In this document: piece by piece, positions 1 to 13,452 of the stretch
Numbering within the stretch: the first letter of the stretch is position 1
How the letters are laid out: the number at the start of each line of letters is the position of its first letter
Assembly (NCBI RefSeq): GCF_963921235.1
Contig: NC_086109.1
Span: forward strand, 8,062,001-8,126,000
Source: Mobula hypostoma
Taxonomy: Eukaryota
Reading direction: 5' to 3'
Length of the DNA: 64,000 bases
Made by a program: the position numbers and the translations under genes
Notes under the pieces: model-generated
Told to the model about the DNA's origin: nothing
What the model saw: only the letters and a program-made list of their open reading frames with translations
Databases searched by the model: none

Positions 1-1229
1 TGCCTGACCTGCTGAGTTCAAAGATTCAAAGTACATTTATTATCAAAGTGCCTATGCAGTATACAATCCTCGGATTCTTCTTACCACCAACAGCCACGAA
101 ATAAAGAAGCACCATGGAACCCTTTCAAAGAAAAACATTAGACCCCCTCCACCGCGCGCAGACAAAAACGTATTGTGCAAATGACAAAAGAAAGAGCAAG
201 AAACACAGAATAATTAAGCACAAAATCAAAAGAGTTCAAAAATATTCATTGTGGTTCAACCCGGAGCTGTATGTCTTTTACTACCTGCAGGCCACCCCGA
301 TCAAAATCGCCCAAAAGGGGAACAACCAGAAAACAGAATCCACCATTTTGTGTGTATTTTACTCTGGATTCCTATCATCTCCTGCGCTTCAGATCAGCCT
401 GCAATGTGATTTAAGTGTAGCTTTTTATATTATTTTTCAGCTGATACGAAGGATAAGTGGATTAAATATTACAGGTGGCTGCCTGAGGCGCAGCAGCACT
501 TGGGGAATGTGCTTTGTTTTTCCATAAGCAACAGCCTTTGTGATGTATGTGGTTCCCCACAGGAGATTGCAGGGAGTGTTAGAGGAACTGATGAAATTCA
601 GGTGCTCAGATCTTTTTCTCTCTCTCATGTGCACCCAGCCTATTTGATATTGAGCAGGATTTGTTTGTCAACAGAATAAAACCTGTATGAATTGGCATGG
701 AAGCCTCTTGTGACATCCTGACATCCTTTGAGTGTGTGTTTTCCAAGTGTTAATGTTCATGTCGTTCTGTGAGGTGTCTCACATCGAGCCCTTATGGTGT
801 CATTTCCGGTTTCAAATTACAGATAAAATGCCTCATCTCTTTTTGCATGAATCTTAAAAATTTTGGCTTGCTGGAGGAGTTGTGTTGAGTTGTGTCCCTA
901 GTGAGGTTTTTAGCTTGCTTGCCTTTGAATATACTGAGCCTGTTCCTTCAATTAAAAAGAAATTAATTTCTGCAAGCCACGGGAAGAGTGCCGTTTTGCC
1001 AGACCAGGTAGAGAACTGATAATCCAAAATGGCAGCCACCTGGACCGAAGTCTGTGGATCCCACGTTGATGGTCAGCTGTAGAGTCATACCCTGTGGAAG
1101 CAGGCTGTTTGGTTCAACTGATCCATCCGGAATGAGATTCCCATCCAGACAAGTCTGGTTTGGCCCATGTAAGCCCCTCCTATCCACGTGTCTGTTTTTA
1201 ATGGTTAATGTATCGGCCTCATTGGTTGT

Positions 1230-1742
1230 TCTCTACCAAAGAAGGTGTTAAGGTGTTCCTTCCTTCCCTCACCACACTACCTGTTCCCTCACCACACTAC
1301 CTGTTCCCTCACCACACTACCTGTTCCCTCACCACACTACCTGTCACCCTCACCACACTACCTGTCACCCTCACCACACTACCTGTCACCCTCACCACAC
1401 TACCTGTTCCCTCACCACACTACCTGTCACCCTCGGGCAAGTTGTAGCACCTGATAGCCCCCCCCCCCGCAAAAGATCAAGGTCACATGAAGCCATGGGA
1501 GCAGCTGGTGGATGGTCGCACGAGCAGCCAGTACATATCACAAGTCCTGGCTATGCAACCACTGACACCAGGAAATCTCTGAAGAGTATTGATAACGGCC
1601 GGCTGGGGTCACCCATCTTGTGAAGACGCTGCCCAGAAGAAGGCAGTGATAGACCACTTCCGTAGAAAATCTTGCCAAGAACAGTCATGGTCATAGACCA
1701 TGATCACCCACATCATACAACATAGCACATGATGATAATGAT
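1230..1742 (+). mobile_element. SINE-like element with RTE/Bov-A-like 3' tail, containing an internal minisatellite
   Basis: Matches copies at ~23185-23612 (+), ~37200-37560 (-) and ~54932-55315 (-). The tail 'gcccagaagaaggca...accacttccgtagaaaatcttgccaagaac' resembles RTE-partnered SINE tails. Confidence 0.7.
1264..1426. repeat. Minisatellite, 8 units of 20/21 bp (ttccctcaccacactacctg / tcaccctcaccacactacctg)
   Basis: Tandem units read directly from the sequence. Confidence 0.95.
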
Positions 1743-1869
1743 CTGCCTCAACCAGTTCCTCTTGCAATTTGTTCCATATACCTGATAGTCAGCAATACCA
1801 CTCTGAGTATATGGCACTGGAGGTTGAATGTTAATCCATAGGCTTTATTGAAATAGTGTAGGACAGCTT

Positions 1870-2425
1870 AAAATATAAAACAGCACAGACCCTTCAGCCA
1901 TGATGCTCTGACCCTTTAACCTACTTTCAGATCAATCTAACCCTTCCCTCTCACATAGCCCTCCCTTTTGCTTTCATTCCCGTGCCTATCTAAGAGTTTA
2001 TTGAATGCCTGTATTGTATCCACCTCTACCACCACCCTGGGCAGCACATTTCTTGCACCCACCACTCTGTGTGTAATTAAAACATGTCTCAGGAATCCAC
2101 ACTCCCACATCCTCCCCCCTGTACTTTGCTTCAAACACTTTAAAATTATGCCCCCTTGTAGTAGCCATTGACACCCTCAGGGAAAATATGCCACTGGTTT
2201 TCCGGTTTGTCTATGCCTGTGATCATCTCGTACACCTCTACCAGGTCATGTCTCACCGTCCTTCACTCCACAGAGAACAGCCCTAGCTCACTCAACCTAT
2301 CCTGATAAAACATGCTCTGTAATCCAGGCAGTATCCTGGTAAATCTCCTCAGCACCCTCTCTAAAGCTTCCACATCCTTCCTATAATGAGGCGGCCAGAA
2401 CTGAACGCAATATTCCAAGTGTGGC
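1870..2425 (-). mobile_element. CR1 LINE 3' fragment
   Basis: ORF 1937..2134 (RVVGARNVLPRVVVEVDTIQAFNKLLD) resembles the CR1 ORF2 C-terminus, followed by a CR1-type 3' tail. Confidence 0.8.
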
Positions 2426-2624
2426 TTACTGAAGGATAATCCTACTCATCCCGCCCTGTTGGGGATTCAGTGAGAGCCCTGACCCATTTTTCCTGGCCTT
2501 TGAGCTGTATTAACTACTGTCCCTTCTCTCAGCTGCCTGATGTGATGGATTAGTATCCATGGACAAATTTGACCCACTTGTCTCTGTACTCTTGTGCTGG
2601 TCAAAGTAAGATTATTAATATGTA

Positions 2625-2689
2625 CAGTACTGTGTAAAAATCTTAGGCACCCTACCTATATATGCGCTGAAGACTCTTGCACAGTACTG
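2625..2689. mobile_element. 65-bp Tc1/mariner-type mini-MITE
   Basis: TA|cagtactgtg...cacagtactg|TA: inverted termini flanked by TA on both sides. Confidence 0.75.
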
Positions 2690-2884
2690 TAGTATTTTTA
2701 TCTATTGCACTGTACTGCTGCTGCAAAAAAAACCAAATTTCATGACATGCGAGTGTTGATTAACCTGATTCTGATACAGATCTCTATTGTGTACTGAGAG
2801 TGGGGGGGGGCAGGGAGAGGGGAGGGAGCAGGAAGCACTAGGGGAACATTCTGTAATAATCAATAAACCAGTTGTTTGGAATCT

Positions 2885-3775
2885 CCTTCAATATTTTTAT
2901 TAGTTTCTGCATAGAAGAATACAGAGTACAAGAAGATATACTATAAGTCAAAAGAAAAAAAAAGTACCAAATACATTGTATTAAAAATGCAGTTACAATC
3001 ACAAAACCCTGTATTCATAGAAATTAAATTAAATGGTAATATTGAAATATAATTTTGTTATACAGAAAAAAAGATCTAAACCCACTACCAAATTCAGAGC
3101 TGTTAGGAAAAGCAAGAAAAAAGGGGGGAAAACCCTTATCATATAATAAAATATATTATTAACCACCATCTGTACTTTTACAACAAATCAAAGGTTTTGA
3201 AAATAACTCAAAAATGGTCCCCACAATGTATAAAAGTCTTGGCTAGATTCAAAAACTGAACAGCGCATCTTCTCTAAATTTAAGCACGTAAGCATTGAGT
3301 ATGAGTAGGTGGAACAGCATCCTTCCATTTAAGCAAGAGCGCCCTTGTAGCTAATTTTTTCTAATAGGCATCCGTTAGTCTCGTGAGACTATGGATTTGC
3401 GCCTTGGAAGGTTTCCAGGGTGCAGGCCTGAGCAAGGTTGTATGGAAGACCGGCAGCTGCCCATGCTGCAAGTCTTCCCTCTCCACGCCACTGATGTTGT
3501 CCAAGGGAAGGGCATTAGGACCCATACAGCTTGTCAGCAGTGTCGTCGCAGAGCACTGTGTGGTTAAGTGCCTTGCTCAAGGACACAACACGCTGCCTCA
3601 GCCAAGGCTCGAACTAGCGACCTTCAGATCACTAGACGAACACCTTAACCACTTGGCCACGCGCTAACTTCTAGCTATAAGAGAGATAAAAGCCATAATA
3701 CGCAAATCAGGTGTCTCCAAAATGAAGTCTTTTCCTCCAACAATACCAAATAATGTGGTCAAAGGGTCATTAACC
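2885..3775 (-). mobile_element. L1-clade LINE 3' fragment, interrupted by a SINE
   Basis: Minus strand reads PLTTLFG...FISLIA, then resumes after the SINE with RALLLKWKDAVPPT...LNLEK...LWGPF, typical of the L1 ORF2 C-terminus. Confidence 0.7.
3354..3667 (-). mobile_element. tRNA-derived CORE-like SINE
   Basis: A/B boxes and 'gtgtccttgagcaaggcacttaacc' on the minus strand. Imperfect 10-bp TSD cttgtagcta (3344-3353) / cttctagcta (3668-3677). Same family as 5508-5825 and ~21188-21490. Confidence 0.85.
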
Positions 3776-4673
3776 TTGCCTGGTGTCTCAGGGCTGGGTG
3801 AGTCTGCACCCGTGCCACCCCCACCGCTGGCACTCCATCTCTGCCATCTGTCCCCACACCCCCCTTGCAGCTTGACACTCACCATTCCCAACATCTCCCG
3901 CCGGATTTACAAACGCGCTCTCTGCGCCATGTTGACAAATACAGAACTCTGCAAAAGTGTCTGGCACTCAGCTTTCACATGTCATCGATCCAACTTTGAG
4001 ATTCATTTTCTTGCAGGTATTTACAGGAATATAAAGAAATACAATAATTTATTTTAAAAAAATGATACCTCCCTGTCAAACAACCAGTGTGCAAAAGAAG
4101 ACAAATTGTCCAAATGTAAAAATATACAAATAATACTGATAACATGAGTTGTAAAGTCTTTGACAGTGAATGTGCAGGTTGTGGAATAGGTTCAGTATTG
4201 AGGTGGGTGAAGTTATCCATGCTGGTGCAGAAGCCTGATGTTTGAAGGGTAGTAACTGTTCCTGTACCGGGGTGGGGGGGGGAGGGGGCGTGTGGGACCT
4301 AAGGCTACTGTACCTCCTGCTGGATGGCAGTAGTGAGAAAAGGGTAGGCCTGAGTGATGGTTGATACCTGCATACTCGGAAATTTAGTTGCTGTGTAACT
4401 TCAGATCACTAATTTTCTTCTGAATTAAAACGCTGTTCAATCCTTGATCCATTCCACTGTTTGGGAGAATTTTCCACTGTATGAAGAGATTATTCTCACT
4501 CATGGGATCTGTGTGTCACTGGCTTGGCTGCCACTGTCTGTTCCTGTTGGTCTTGGCAGCAGTTCTAGACTATTGTGACTTATCTGTCACATTGGGTGGG
4601 TCTGATGTCTCAGAAGATGATGGGCTGGCAACTGTCATTGATGTTGTCAGAACTAGAGGACCCAAGTTACTGT

Positions 4674-5204
4674 TAGGGTTGCCAACTTTCTCACTCCCAA
4701 ATAAGGGACAAAAGTAGCAGTCAAATACGGGACACTTTTGTTTACCCTGAGAAAGACTACCATGACCATGAAGCCTTGCGCGGGCACCTCTGTGCGCTTG
4801 CGTGTACGTGCCGGGTTTTTTTCTACAAATTGGTTTTGGCTTAATCTTCCCGATTCTGTTACGTGAAACTACACTGTACATACATTATATCTACTTTGTA
4901 TATGCTATGTATTTATCATATCATTCCTGCTTTTACTATATGTTAGTGTTATTTTAGGTTTTATGTGTTATTTGGTATGATTAGGTAGGTTATTTTTTGG
5001 GTCTGGAAATGCTCAAAAAATTTTCCCATATATATTAATAGTAATTGCGTCTTCGCTTTACGCCATTTCCACTTACGAACGGTTGCATAGGAATGCTCTA
5101 ACTTAGGGGACCGCCCTTGTCCCATATTTCCCCCCCTATGGGACAAACCAGTTTAGCCCAATATACGGGATGTCCCAGCTAATATGGGACAGTTGGCAAC
5201 CCTA
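4674..5204. mobile_element. Non-autonomous hAT element (MITE)
   Basis: TIR tagggttgccaact / agttggcaacccta and a perfect 8-bp TSD gttactgt (4666-4673, 5205-5212). Confidence 0.92.
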
Positions 5205-5288
5205 GTTACTGTACAGTAGAAAGGTTGAACAGGTAAAGACTTTATTCCCAGGAATGCTGGAGAATGAGAGGCAGATCTTATTAAGAGC

Positions 5289-5910
5289 TGGCACAGTGGC
5301 GTAGTGGTTAGCACAGTGTTTTACGGTACCAGCGATGGGTTCAGTTCCCACCACTGACTATAAGGAGTTTATACTTTCTCCCTGTGACCATGTGGGTTTT
5401 GTTTAAGTGCTCTGGTTTCCTCCCACAGTCGAAAGATGTATCGTTTGGTGGGTTAATAGGTCATTGTAAATTGTCCCGTGATTAGGCTAGGATTAAATTG
5501 AGGGCTTAATGTGTGGGCACGTGGCCAAGTGGTTAAGGCATTCGACTAGCAATCTGAAGGTCGTGGGTTCGAGCCCCAGCCGAGGCAGCGTGTTGTGTCC
5601 TTGAGCAAGGGGCACTTAACCACACTTTGCTCTGTGACGACACCGGTGTCTAGCTGTATCGGCCCTTGCCCTTCCCTTGGACAACATCGGTGTCGTGGAG
5701 AGGGGAGACTTGCAGCATGGGCAACTGCTGGTCTTCCACACAACCTTGCCCAGGCCTGCGCCCTGGAGAGTGAAGACTTTGCAGGCGCAGATCCATAGTC
5801 TCGCAAGACTAACGGATGCCTTCAGTTAAATTAAGGGCTTGCTGGTCGGCATAGCTTGAAGGGCCTATTCCGTGCTGTATCTCAATAAATAAATTAATAA
5901 ATAAAATAAA
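5289..5910 (+). mobile_element. V-SINE/HE1-like tRNA SINE with a nested CORE-like SINE (5508-5825)
   Basis: tRNA-like head, V-domain 'gtgctctggtttcctcccacag' and an (aaat)n tail. The nested SINE has a 15-bp TSD ttaaatt(g/a)agggctt at 5493-5507 and 5826-5840. Confidence 0.85.
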
Positions 5911-6319
5911 AATAAATTGCACAACCCTTGAACATTCCTGATGTATTTAATTTAGAGCTTGTATTTCGTAGCTGTTCAAGATTTGAATGCGGGTGTCTGG
6001 ATCACGTGTCCCAAGTTTTCCTCTGCCAGTTCAGTAACCACTATGTATAGGTACCTAGTCGCTTTTGTGTTGTGTACCGGTTGAGTTACAGATGTGCCAG
6101 TCGGTGGATGGTCATCTGCACAACTGTTGTATCCCTCTGCACCTGCCAGTGTTTGTTCTTTGGTTGTCGAGAGTTTAAAGGTGCATTATGTTGAGCAGAG
6201 TGGGAATATTTACATCTGATATTAAATTTGCAGAAGGCATCATAAAATTACCTTGTGGTTTTTCATTCCTTTTGTCAGCTCAGAAGTGGAATTGGTCCAA
6301 TTTTTCATGTACCTGTACT

Positions 6320-6735
6320 TCCTGCCTCTTACACTGCCCCCGTTTAGAGTAGCAATGAAGGTCCTCCATCTCTGGCGGTGTTCAGGGCTTCTTTCATCAT
6401 GTCAGTAGCTTCCTCTCGGCTTTTCACTACCGTCAGTCGTGCAAGTTCCAAGTGGAGACTCAGGAATACCATTGTACTCAGATATAAAAGGATTCTTCAT
6501 TGCTGTTTCTGTAACAGTTTTGTTTGACCAGTCAGGGTTGGTAGCCCTGAGCTGAACGCCCGAACCTGGAGGAGCGGTGGATGACTCCTGGTCTGGCCTC
6601 TACCCTTTGACCTGTTTGGCATGGGTGACCCTATCAAGAGCCAAAGCATAAAGCCCTGACGTCAGCCAAAATAGCTCTCCGGGTCATTGAGACACGCAAG
6701 CCTCCAAACCACGACAAGGTTGTGGTCGTCTTGGA
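6320..6735 (-). mobile_element. RTE-related non-autonomous repeat
   Basis: 'ccctttgacctgtttggcatgggtgaccct' block recurs at ~63270-63440 and resembles RTE 5' regions from memory. Confidence 0.55.
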
Positions 6736-7554
6736 GTTTCATCTACCATGTAAGGAGTCTATTCAGCCCATTGAGCCTATGCTGATTCTCGGAGCAATTC
6801 CGTCAGGCGTGCTCCACCATTTATTTTCCTGTAATCTAAGCTTTCTTGCAAACCACCAACTTGTTAATTCATTTGTGGTTGCCTTTCCCAGGGCTGACTA
6901 GCCTACCAGCGTGTGGGATGTAGGAGGAAACTGGAGTATCCAAGGGAAACCTATGCATTCATAGGGAGATCGTGCAAACTCCACACAGACAGTATTGGAG
7001 GCCAGAATATAGAACATAGAACAGTGCAGCAGAGTGTTGGCCGACAATGCTGTCCGCCCTCCTTGCCTACTTCACGATCAATATAAACCCTTCTCTCCTG
7101 AGTGTCCCAAACCTCTCCATATCTCTTTCATCCATGAGCCTATCTGAGTCTGTTCAATGCCTCTAATGTCTCAGCTTCAACCCTTACCCCAGTAGTGCAT
7201 TCCAGGGACTACTATTTTTTTTTTAAAAAAACACAAAACGCCTACCTCTAACATCTCCCCTAAACTTGTCTCTCGGGCTGAATGTTTTCTTGTGGGGATT
7301 AGTTAGAGGAGGGGTAAGAGTAAGCATCTCCATTTGGGCTGCAAGTTCACCAAAAGTTCTGCTGCAGGGTTTCGGAGTATGTGCACACTGTATACAACCT
7401 CGAGATTGGGTTCCAACCTGAAATGTCCACATTCCTTTTCCCGTACCCCGTGCCCCTTCCCTCCACAGATACTGTTCACCTCATGGTGTTCCTCCAGCAG
7501 ATGGTTTGTTGCTCCAGATTCCAGCATCTGCAGTCTCTTGTGTGACCATAACTG

Positions 7555-8050
7555 AATAATAATAGTATTTATGGAGCACTTTTCATACAGATGATGTAGC
7601 TCAAAGTGCTTTACAATGGGATAAAGTGCAAACATGAAAATAAAAGACAAAACGATGTTAGTTAAAAATTGGGGTTTGAGCTGGCGTTTAAGTTTAGTCA
7701 ACTGAGTCAGCATCCCTTGTAGTTTTAGGTATTGAGTTTCACAGTGTAGGAGCATAGTTCACAAAGGGAGATTGGTTAAATTTAAGAGACTGGCGGGAGA
7801 AGACCCGAGAGCTCGGGCAAGACTTTTGAAATGAAAGCGATTCTGTGATGTGTTTTGGTCCCGGACCGGTACGAGCTTTAGAAACAAGTAAGAGAACTTA
7901 AAGTCAATTTTAAAAGATACAGAATGCCAATGTTGAGAAGTTAGGCTGGGAGTGATGTGCTCCTTCATCCTGGTTTTAGTTAAAAGCTCAGCAGTGGTGT
8001 TTCTGAATGAGTTGATCTTTGTCGATAGTTTGCTTTAGAGGGCCAGTTTA
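7555..8050 (-). mobile_element. L2 LINE 3' fragment
   Basis: ORF 7759..7968 EHITPSLTSQHWHSVSFKIDFK matches the L2 motif HITPVLxxLHWLPVxxRIxFK, with an (att)n tail. Confidence 0.85.
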
Positions 8051-9949
8051 AAAATAAGTGCATTGATTTAGAATTAATTAGTGAATTAGTTAAAGTTTAA
8101 ATTATAGCAGCAAGTCATGTAGAATTTTAACCACACTGGACCATGTGCTGATAACAAGAACTTCTTCTCTTTCAGATCAATCAAGATACAATTGCAGATT
8201 CAAAGTGATTTTTTTACCCTAGCTTTTGTATTGCAATCTGCAATATGATTATAAAACTCCTTAAAATTAGCAAGTTGGATTTCATAAGCTTGATTTTAAT
8301 ATAACTAATGAATCAGATGGAAACATACGGTGAAATACAGTGTTTGCGTTAACAATGGAGGATGCGCTGGGGACAGCGTTCAAATGTTGCCATGCATTCC
8401 AGTGCCAACATTGAATGCCCACAGTGCTTGGAGTGTTTGCTTGTGGTGTGGCTGGGCATCAGTGAAAGTCATGGCGTAAGCCGACGCATGTCTTTCTGTG
8501 AACATGATGACCTCGATCCCACTTGTGAGCTGATGCGGGCAGTATTCCAGACCACAATACACGGAGTTCGCCACCCAACCAATCGGTGACGAGAGCTCCT
8601 CCCTACATCACCACTGAGTTTCCATGGTGACAACCAATCAGCTGATTAATAAGTATATAAAGGCCAAGCATTCGGAGGGCACACTACAATGATGTCTCCA
8701 CGTAAGGTGACAAAATGTTTGTAAATGAACTGCCAAGAGCAGAGAATAACCAACCCAACCATCTATTAGACATAAGACATGGGAGCAGAATTAGGCCACT
8801 TGGCCCATCGAATCTGCTCTGCCATTCAGTCAAAGCTGATCCTTTTTTCTCCTCCTCAGCCCTACTCCCCAGCCTTCTCCCCGTAACCTTTGATGCCATA
8901 TCCACTCAAGAACCTATCAGGTTCTGCCTTAAATACACCAGTGACCTGACCTCCACAGCTGCCTGTGGTAATAAATTCCACAAACACATCTGACTAAAGA
9001 AATTTCTCCGCACTTCTGAATTAAATGGAGGCCCCTCTATCCTGAGGCTTGCCTTCTTGTTCTAGACTCTCCCACCATGGCAAATATCCTTTCCACATCT
9101 ACTCTATCTAGGCCTTTCAACATTCAAAAGGCTTAAATGAGAACCCCACCCCCCCATCCTTCTAAGCTCCAGCGAGTAGAGACCCAGAGCTAACAAATGT
9201 TCCTTGTATGATGACCCTTTCATTCCCAGAATCATCCATAATGTTTTCTTATGCCTGAGATCCTCAACATCCATAAGACCAGAATTAGGCCACTCATCCC
9301 ATCGAGTCTACTCTGCCATTCAATCATGTCTTTTTTTTCTCTTAACCCCATCTTCCGACCTTCACTCTGTGACCCGTAACCGCTTTATCAATCATGAACC
9401 TATTGATCTCTACCTTAAATACACCAAAGACTTGGCCTCCATTACAACAAATCCCACCGATTCGCCACCCTCACGCTGAAGTAATAATTCCTCCTTCTAA
9501 ACTCCCAGCAAATACGGGCCCAGAGCCATCAAATGCTCCTTGTATGTTAAAACTACCTTCCCCCAATCTCCCTGGCAATGCATTCCAGGCACTGATGTTT
9601 TGGGCTGAGGTCAGTTCTGTTGCAGAATCTCAAATCGAGATATTGGCCATCTCTTTGCCTTCGCAGATGTTGCCGAGTTCCTCCAACAGTTTGTGTTGTT
9701 TTTTTACAAAGTTTTCCGTGAGTTCAGAGGTTTTTTTTATTCCTGTGCACGATAGAATTGTATTAATCATTGTATGGTAACTCTGGCACAGGGAACTGGC
9801 TCCCAGTTCTCTATCGGTTCACTTTTAGCTATCTGATTGCAACCATCAGGCTCCTGTACCAGTGTGGATAATTCCACTCACCACAACTCTGAACTGATTC
9901 CACAACCTACAGACTCGCTTTAAGTGTCTCTACAGCTCAGTATTCATAG

Positions 9950-10652
9950 TGGGATCAGAAGTGGAGAGAGTGAGCAGTTTCAAGTTCCTGGGTGTCAAGA
10001 TCTCTGAGGATCTAACCTGGTCCCAACATATCAATGCAGTTATAAAGAAGGCAAGACAGTGACTGTACTTCATTAGGAGTTTGAAGAGATTTGGTATGTC
10101 AGAAATACATTCAAAAACTTCTATAGATGTACCATGGAGAGCATTCTGACAGGCTGCATCACTGTCTGGTATTGTGGGGGGCAGGGGGAGGGCGGGCTGG
10201 TGTTCTGCACAGGACCCAAGGAAGCTGCAGAAGGTTATAAATTTAGTCGGTTCCATCTTGGGTATTAGCCTACAAAATACCCAGGACATCTTCAAGGAAC
10301 AGTGTCTCAGAAAGGCAGCGTCCATTATTAAGGACCTCCAGCACCCTTTTCTCACTGTTACCATCAGGTAGGAGATACAGAAGCCTGAACATGTACACTC
10401 AGCGATTCAGAAACAGCTTCTTCCTCTCTGCCATCCGATTCCTAAATAGACATTGAACCCTTGGACATTACCTCACTTTTTTAATATATATTTTTTCTGT
10501 TTTTTGCATGATTTTTAATCTATTCAATATATGTATACTGTAATGATCTACTGTAATAAAATAGAAGAAAAAATTAATCATGTATTGCATTGAACTGCTG
10601 CTAAGTTAACAAATTTCACGACGCATGCTGGTGATATTAAAGCTGATTCTGA
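9950..10652 (+). mobile_element. Rex1/Babar-type LINE 3' fragment
   Basis: Plus strand reads VERVSSFKFLGVKISEDLTWSQHINAVIKKARQ*LYFIRSLKRFG, followed by a 3' tail ending 'ctgattctga'. Confidence 0.85.
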
Positions 10653-10659
10653 TTGTTTA

Positions 10660-11155
10660 TTTGGTGTTTGTCAGTCTTATCCGATAACGACAGGGAACCC
10701 GTGCTGGGGAGTTTTTAAAGTGGAAAAGCCGCTGCACTGGGGTCACTTGACTCTCTCGTGGCTGTCTCGACCTCGGAAGTCCAGCGGTATGAGTAGTTGT
10801 CACAAACTGGTCTTCCTTGGTTGGGGTGGTTGACTGAGACTACTACTGTGTCTCGTCATGCCCTTCGCTCTGATTGTTGGATGTCACTGTAGATCTCGTC
10901 CGCCGAAGCCGACTTCACAGGCTACGACAGGCATGCCCCCACCTCACGGGGGTACGGGGCCTGCCAGCTACCCTCGCCTGGTTTAGCCGGCCTGTCGAAG
11001 CGGTGTGGCCGCTCTCGCACGCAAACAGCTGCTTGGAACCAGAGGTGAGAGCCTGAGTGCCCGGCGGGGACCTTGGGTGAGTGAGCTGCCCTGGAATAGA
11101 CATGACCGGCCCCTTCTCCAGAGGTGCTACACTTCCCTGGACAGCCCCATACACT
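10660..11155 (-). mobile_element. CpG-rich repeat resembling a short RTE-derived element
   Basis: Minus strand starts 'gggaagtgtagcacctctggagaagggg', which resembles RTE 5' ends. There is no coding evidence. Confidence 0.45.
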
Positions 11156-13452
11156 CCAACGCAGTACTGGGGGTGATGGAGGCTGGTACAACAGGGATAT
11201 TTAAGGAACTCTTAAATAGGGCACATGGGTGTAGGAGAATGGAGGGTTATGGGATGTGTAGGAGGGAAAGGTTACATTAGATTTACCAATGAATGGAGAG
11301 TCATGTTTATTGAAAGTGGAGCAGAGACTTAGACTCTGGCCTGACCTCTAATTCACCCATACCCCTGTCCCCAAGCCCTAACTTGAAACGTAACTCTCCT
11401 CTCTATCCCCCAAACCATCTCTACAAATCTAAAGGACAATTTTTTAAAAAAAAACACAGCTGAGCCATGTCTTGAGGCGCCATCTTGGATGTACACAGAA
11501 ACATACAGTGAAATGTGTTCTCCGCGTTAACAACCAACACAGTGGGGGCAGGCCGCAAGTGTCACCACACGTTCTAGTGCCAACAATGCTCAGCAAAGCA
11601 ACATGCAGCAAGCAACAACGGCAAAATAAATTTTTCCACGCACCTTAGACAGGTCTCCACCTTTGGACCGTGGCCCCCCGATAGACAAATCATGGCGTAG
11701 GTTTAAATGCATTTTGTGGAGCAGTACTGCCCTGTAATGTTCTGCGTTCTTCCGCTAATCCTGGAAGAGCTGAAGTTCCTGGGAAATGCTTCTGGTGCGA
11801 TATGGACCATTCTGAGTGCTGATGGCAAGTTCTCCCCACAGAAGTGCAAGAACAACCAGTTATGTTGTGGCCTCCGTTAAAGCGGTCGGGGTTTGAATGA
11901 ATGGCGGTCGTCCAAATTAAACATCCCATTAAATTTTTAGAAAAAAATCCAAAACTTAACGCTTAACTCAAATCCAAAATGCAAATTTGCTTTATTAACT
12001 CTTCGCAGCTGCTCTTTCCCATTGAAATGAATGGGCTGTTTGGACGAGGCCAGCTCTGATCTGGCATGAGTTTGGTAGGCAGATGTTAGCCTAAGTTCAA
12101 GCTGTGACTTGTATCTAATGCCTCGCTAGTGCCTGCTTCTATCTCTGTAGGTCTTGGCCTGGATCTGGTAACACACGAGGTTCCAGGCTTGTTGTGACTT
12201 ACTTACAAGTGACCCTTGGTTGAATCTTCAGGGCTACTGTCCTTGGACAATCTGTCACTTGTTGTCGGAGGCGCAGCCGCGGGAGCCTGCAACGCTGAAC
12301 TCTGCAAAGGCATCGAGGCCCTCGCCCACACCGGGAAGCAGGGGGGAAGGAGTACAAGCTGGCAGGTGAGAGGTAAACTGTGTTTTATTCAGGAAACAGA
12401 TACAGAGTCTAAAGAGATGAGGCAAAGCAGGAGCCGAGGCCATGGCCTGACTGTGTGCAGATTACAGAGGAGGTGTCCTCTTGGGTCTTGAAACAAATTC
12501 GTGGATAAATTCCCAGGGCCTGACAGTGTGTTCTTTCGGATCCTGTGAGAGGCAACTGCAGGGGCCCCAGCAGAAATATTTAAAACTACTCTAGCCGCGG
12601 ATGAGATGCTCGAGGAGTGGACGAGAGCTTAAGTTGTTCTGTGGCTTAAGAAAGGCTCTAAGTATAAACTGGGAAATTATAGGCTAACGAGCCTGACATC
12701 AGTAGTGGGTAAGCTATTGGAAGGTTTATAAAGGACCAGTTATATAAGTATTTGGATGGCAGGGACTGATGAGGGAACACACTGAAGAACAACAATAACA
12801 GGGTCTCGGCCTGAAACGTCGACTGCACCTCTTCCTATAGATGCTGCTTGGCCTGCTGCGTTCACCAGCAACTTTGATGTACGTTCCTCCCTCCCATCCA
12901 CATACACGCACACAGATAGGCCTCTGTTCCCCCAGAACAGGCTGTCTGTCTCCGGTGAGGACTACCCAGGCATTGGGATTTCAACTTCTCCAGTGGACCC
13001 GTAAACCCAGAGCTTTGACCATTGGGCCTCGACTTCTGACCGACCTTCGGGCTCTGTTTTTTTTGGTATCGACCACAGGACTCGCTGATGATAATGAGTG
13101 ATGACCCTGGAACTCCAGGCTTGCCAACAGCAGACACTAGACCTCAAATATTAGAACACTAGCTTTGGAGCTCAACTTAGGTGCGCCTAGTCATTGGGCT
13201 CACTGCTGAGGTTCGGGTGACCGTGCTGAGTGCGGTTATTTTTTTTTGTCGGGATATGGTCATTCCTGAAGGTCAGGAGTGAGACAAGACTGCATGCACC
13301 AGGTTACAGTGGGATGGAATGAAGGATGTTCGCCTCAAGAACTAAAGCAAAGGCAGTTGAGGTTCAATGCCCAGGTTTCCACCTGAAATGTCGTCATTTC
13401 AGTTCTTTACCCCTCAAGTGCTGCTCAACCTGCTGAGTTCCTCTAACCATAG

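Noticed and set aside
441..474. Possible 34-nt coding exon (DTKDKWIKYY) after a good acceptor tatttttcag
   Set aside because: The donor (gtggct) is weak and I cannot assign the peptide; it needs RNA-seq to be considered.
5515..5585. tRNA gene
   Set aside because: The tRNA-like A/B boxes continue into a SINE body and tail, and the unit recurs at ~3354-3667 and ~21188-21490; it is a SINE head.
10900..11155. HDV-like ribozyme at the 5' end of the RTE-like repeat
   Set aside because: Plausible from known RTE biology, but I could not fold a convincing nested double pseudoknot by eye.
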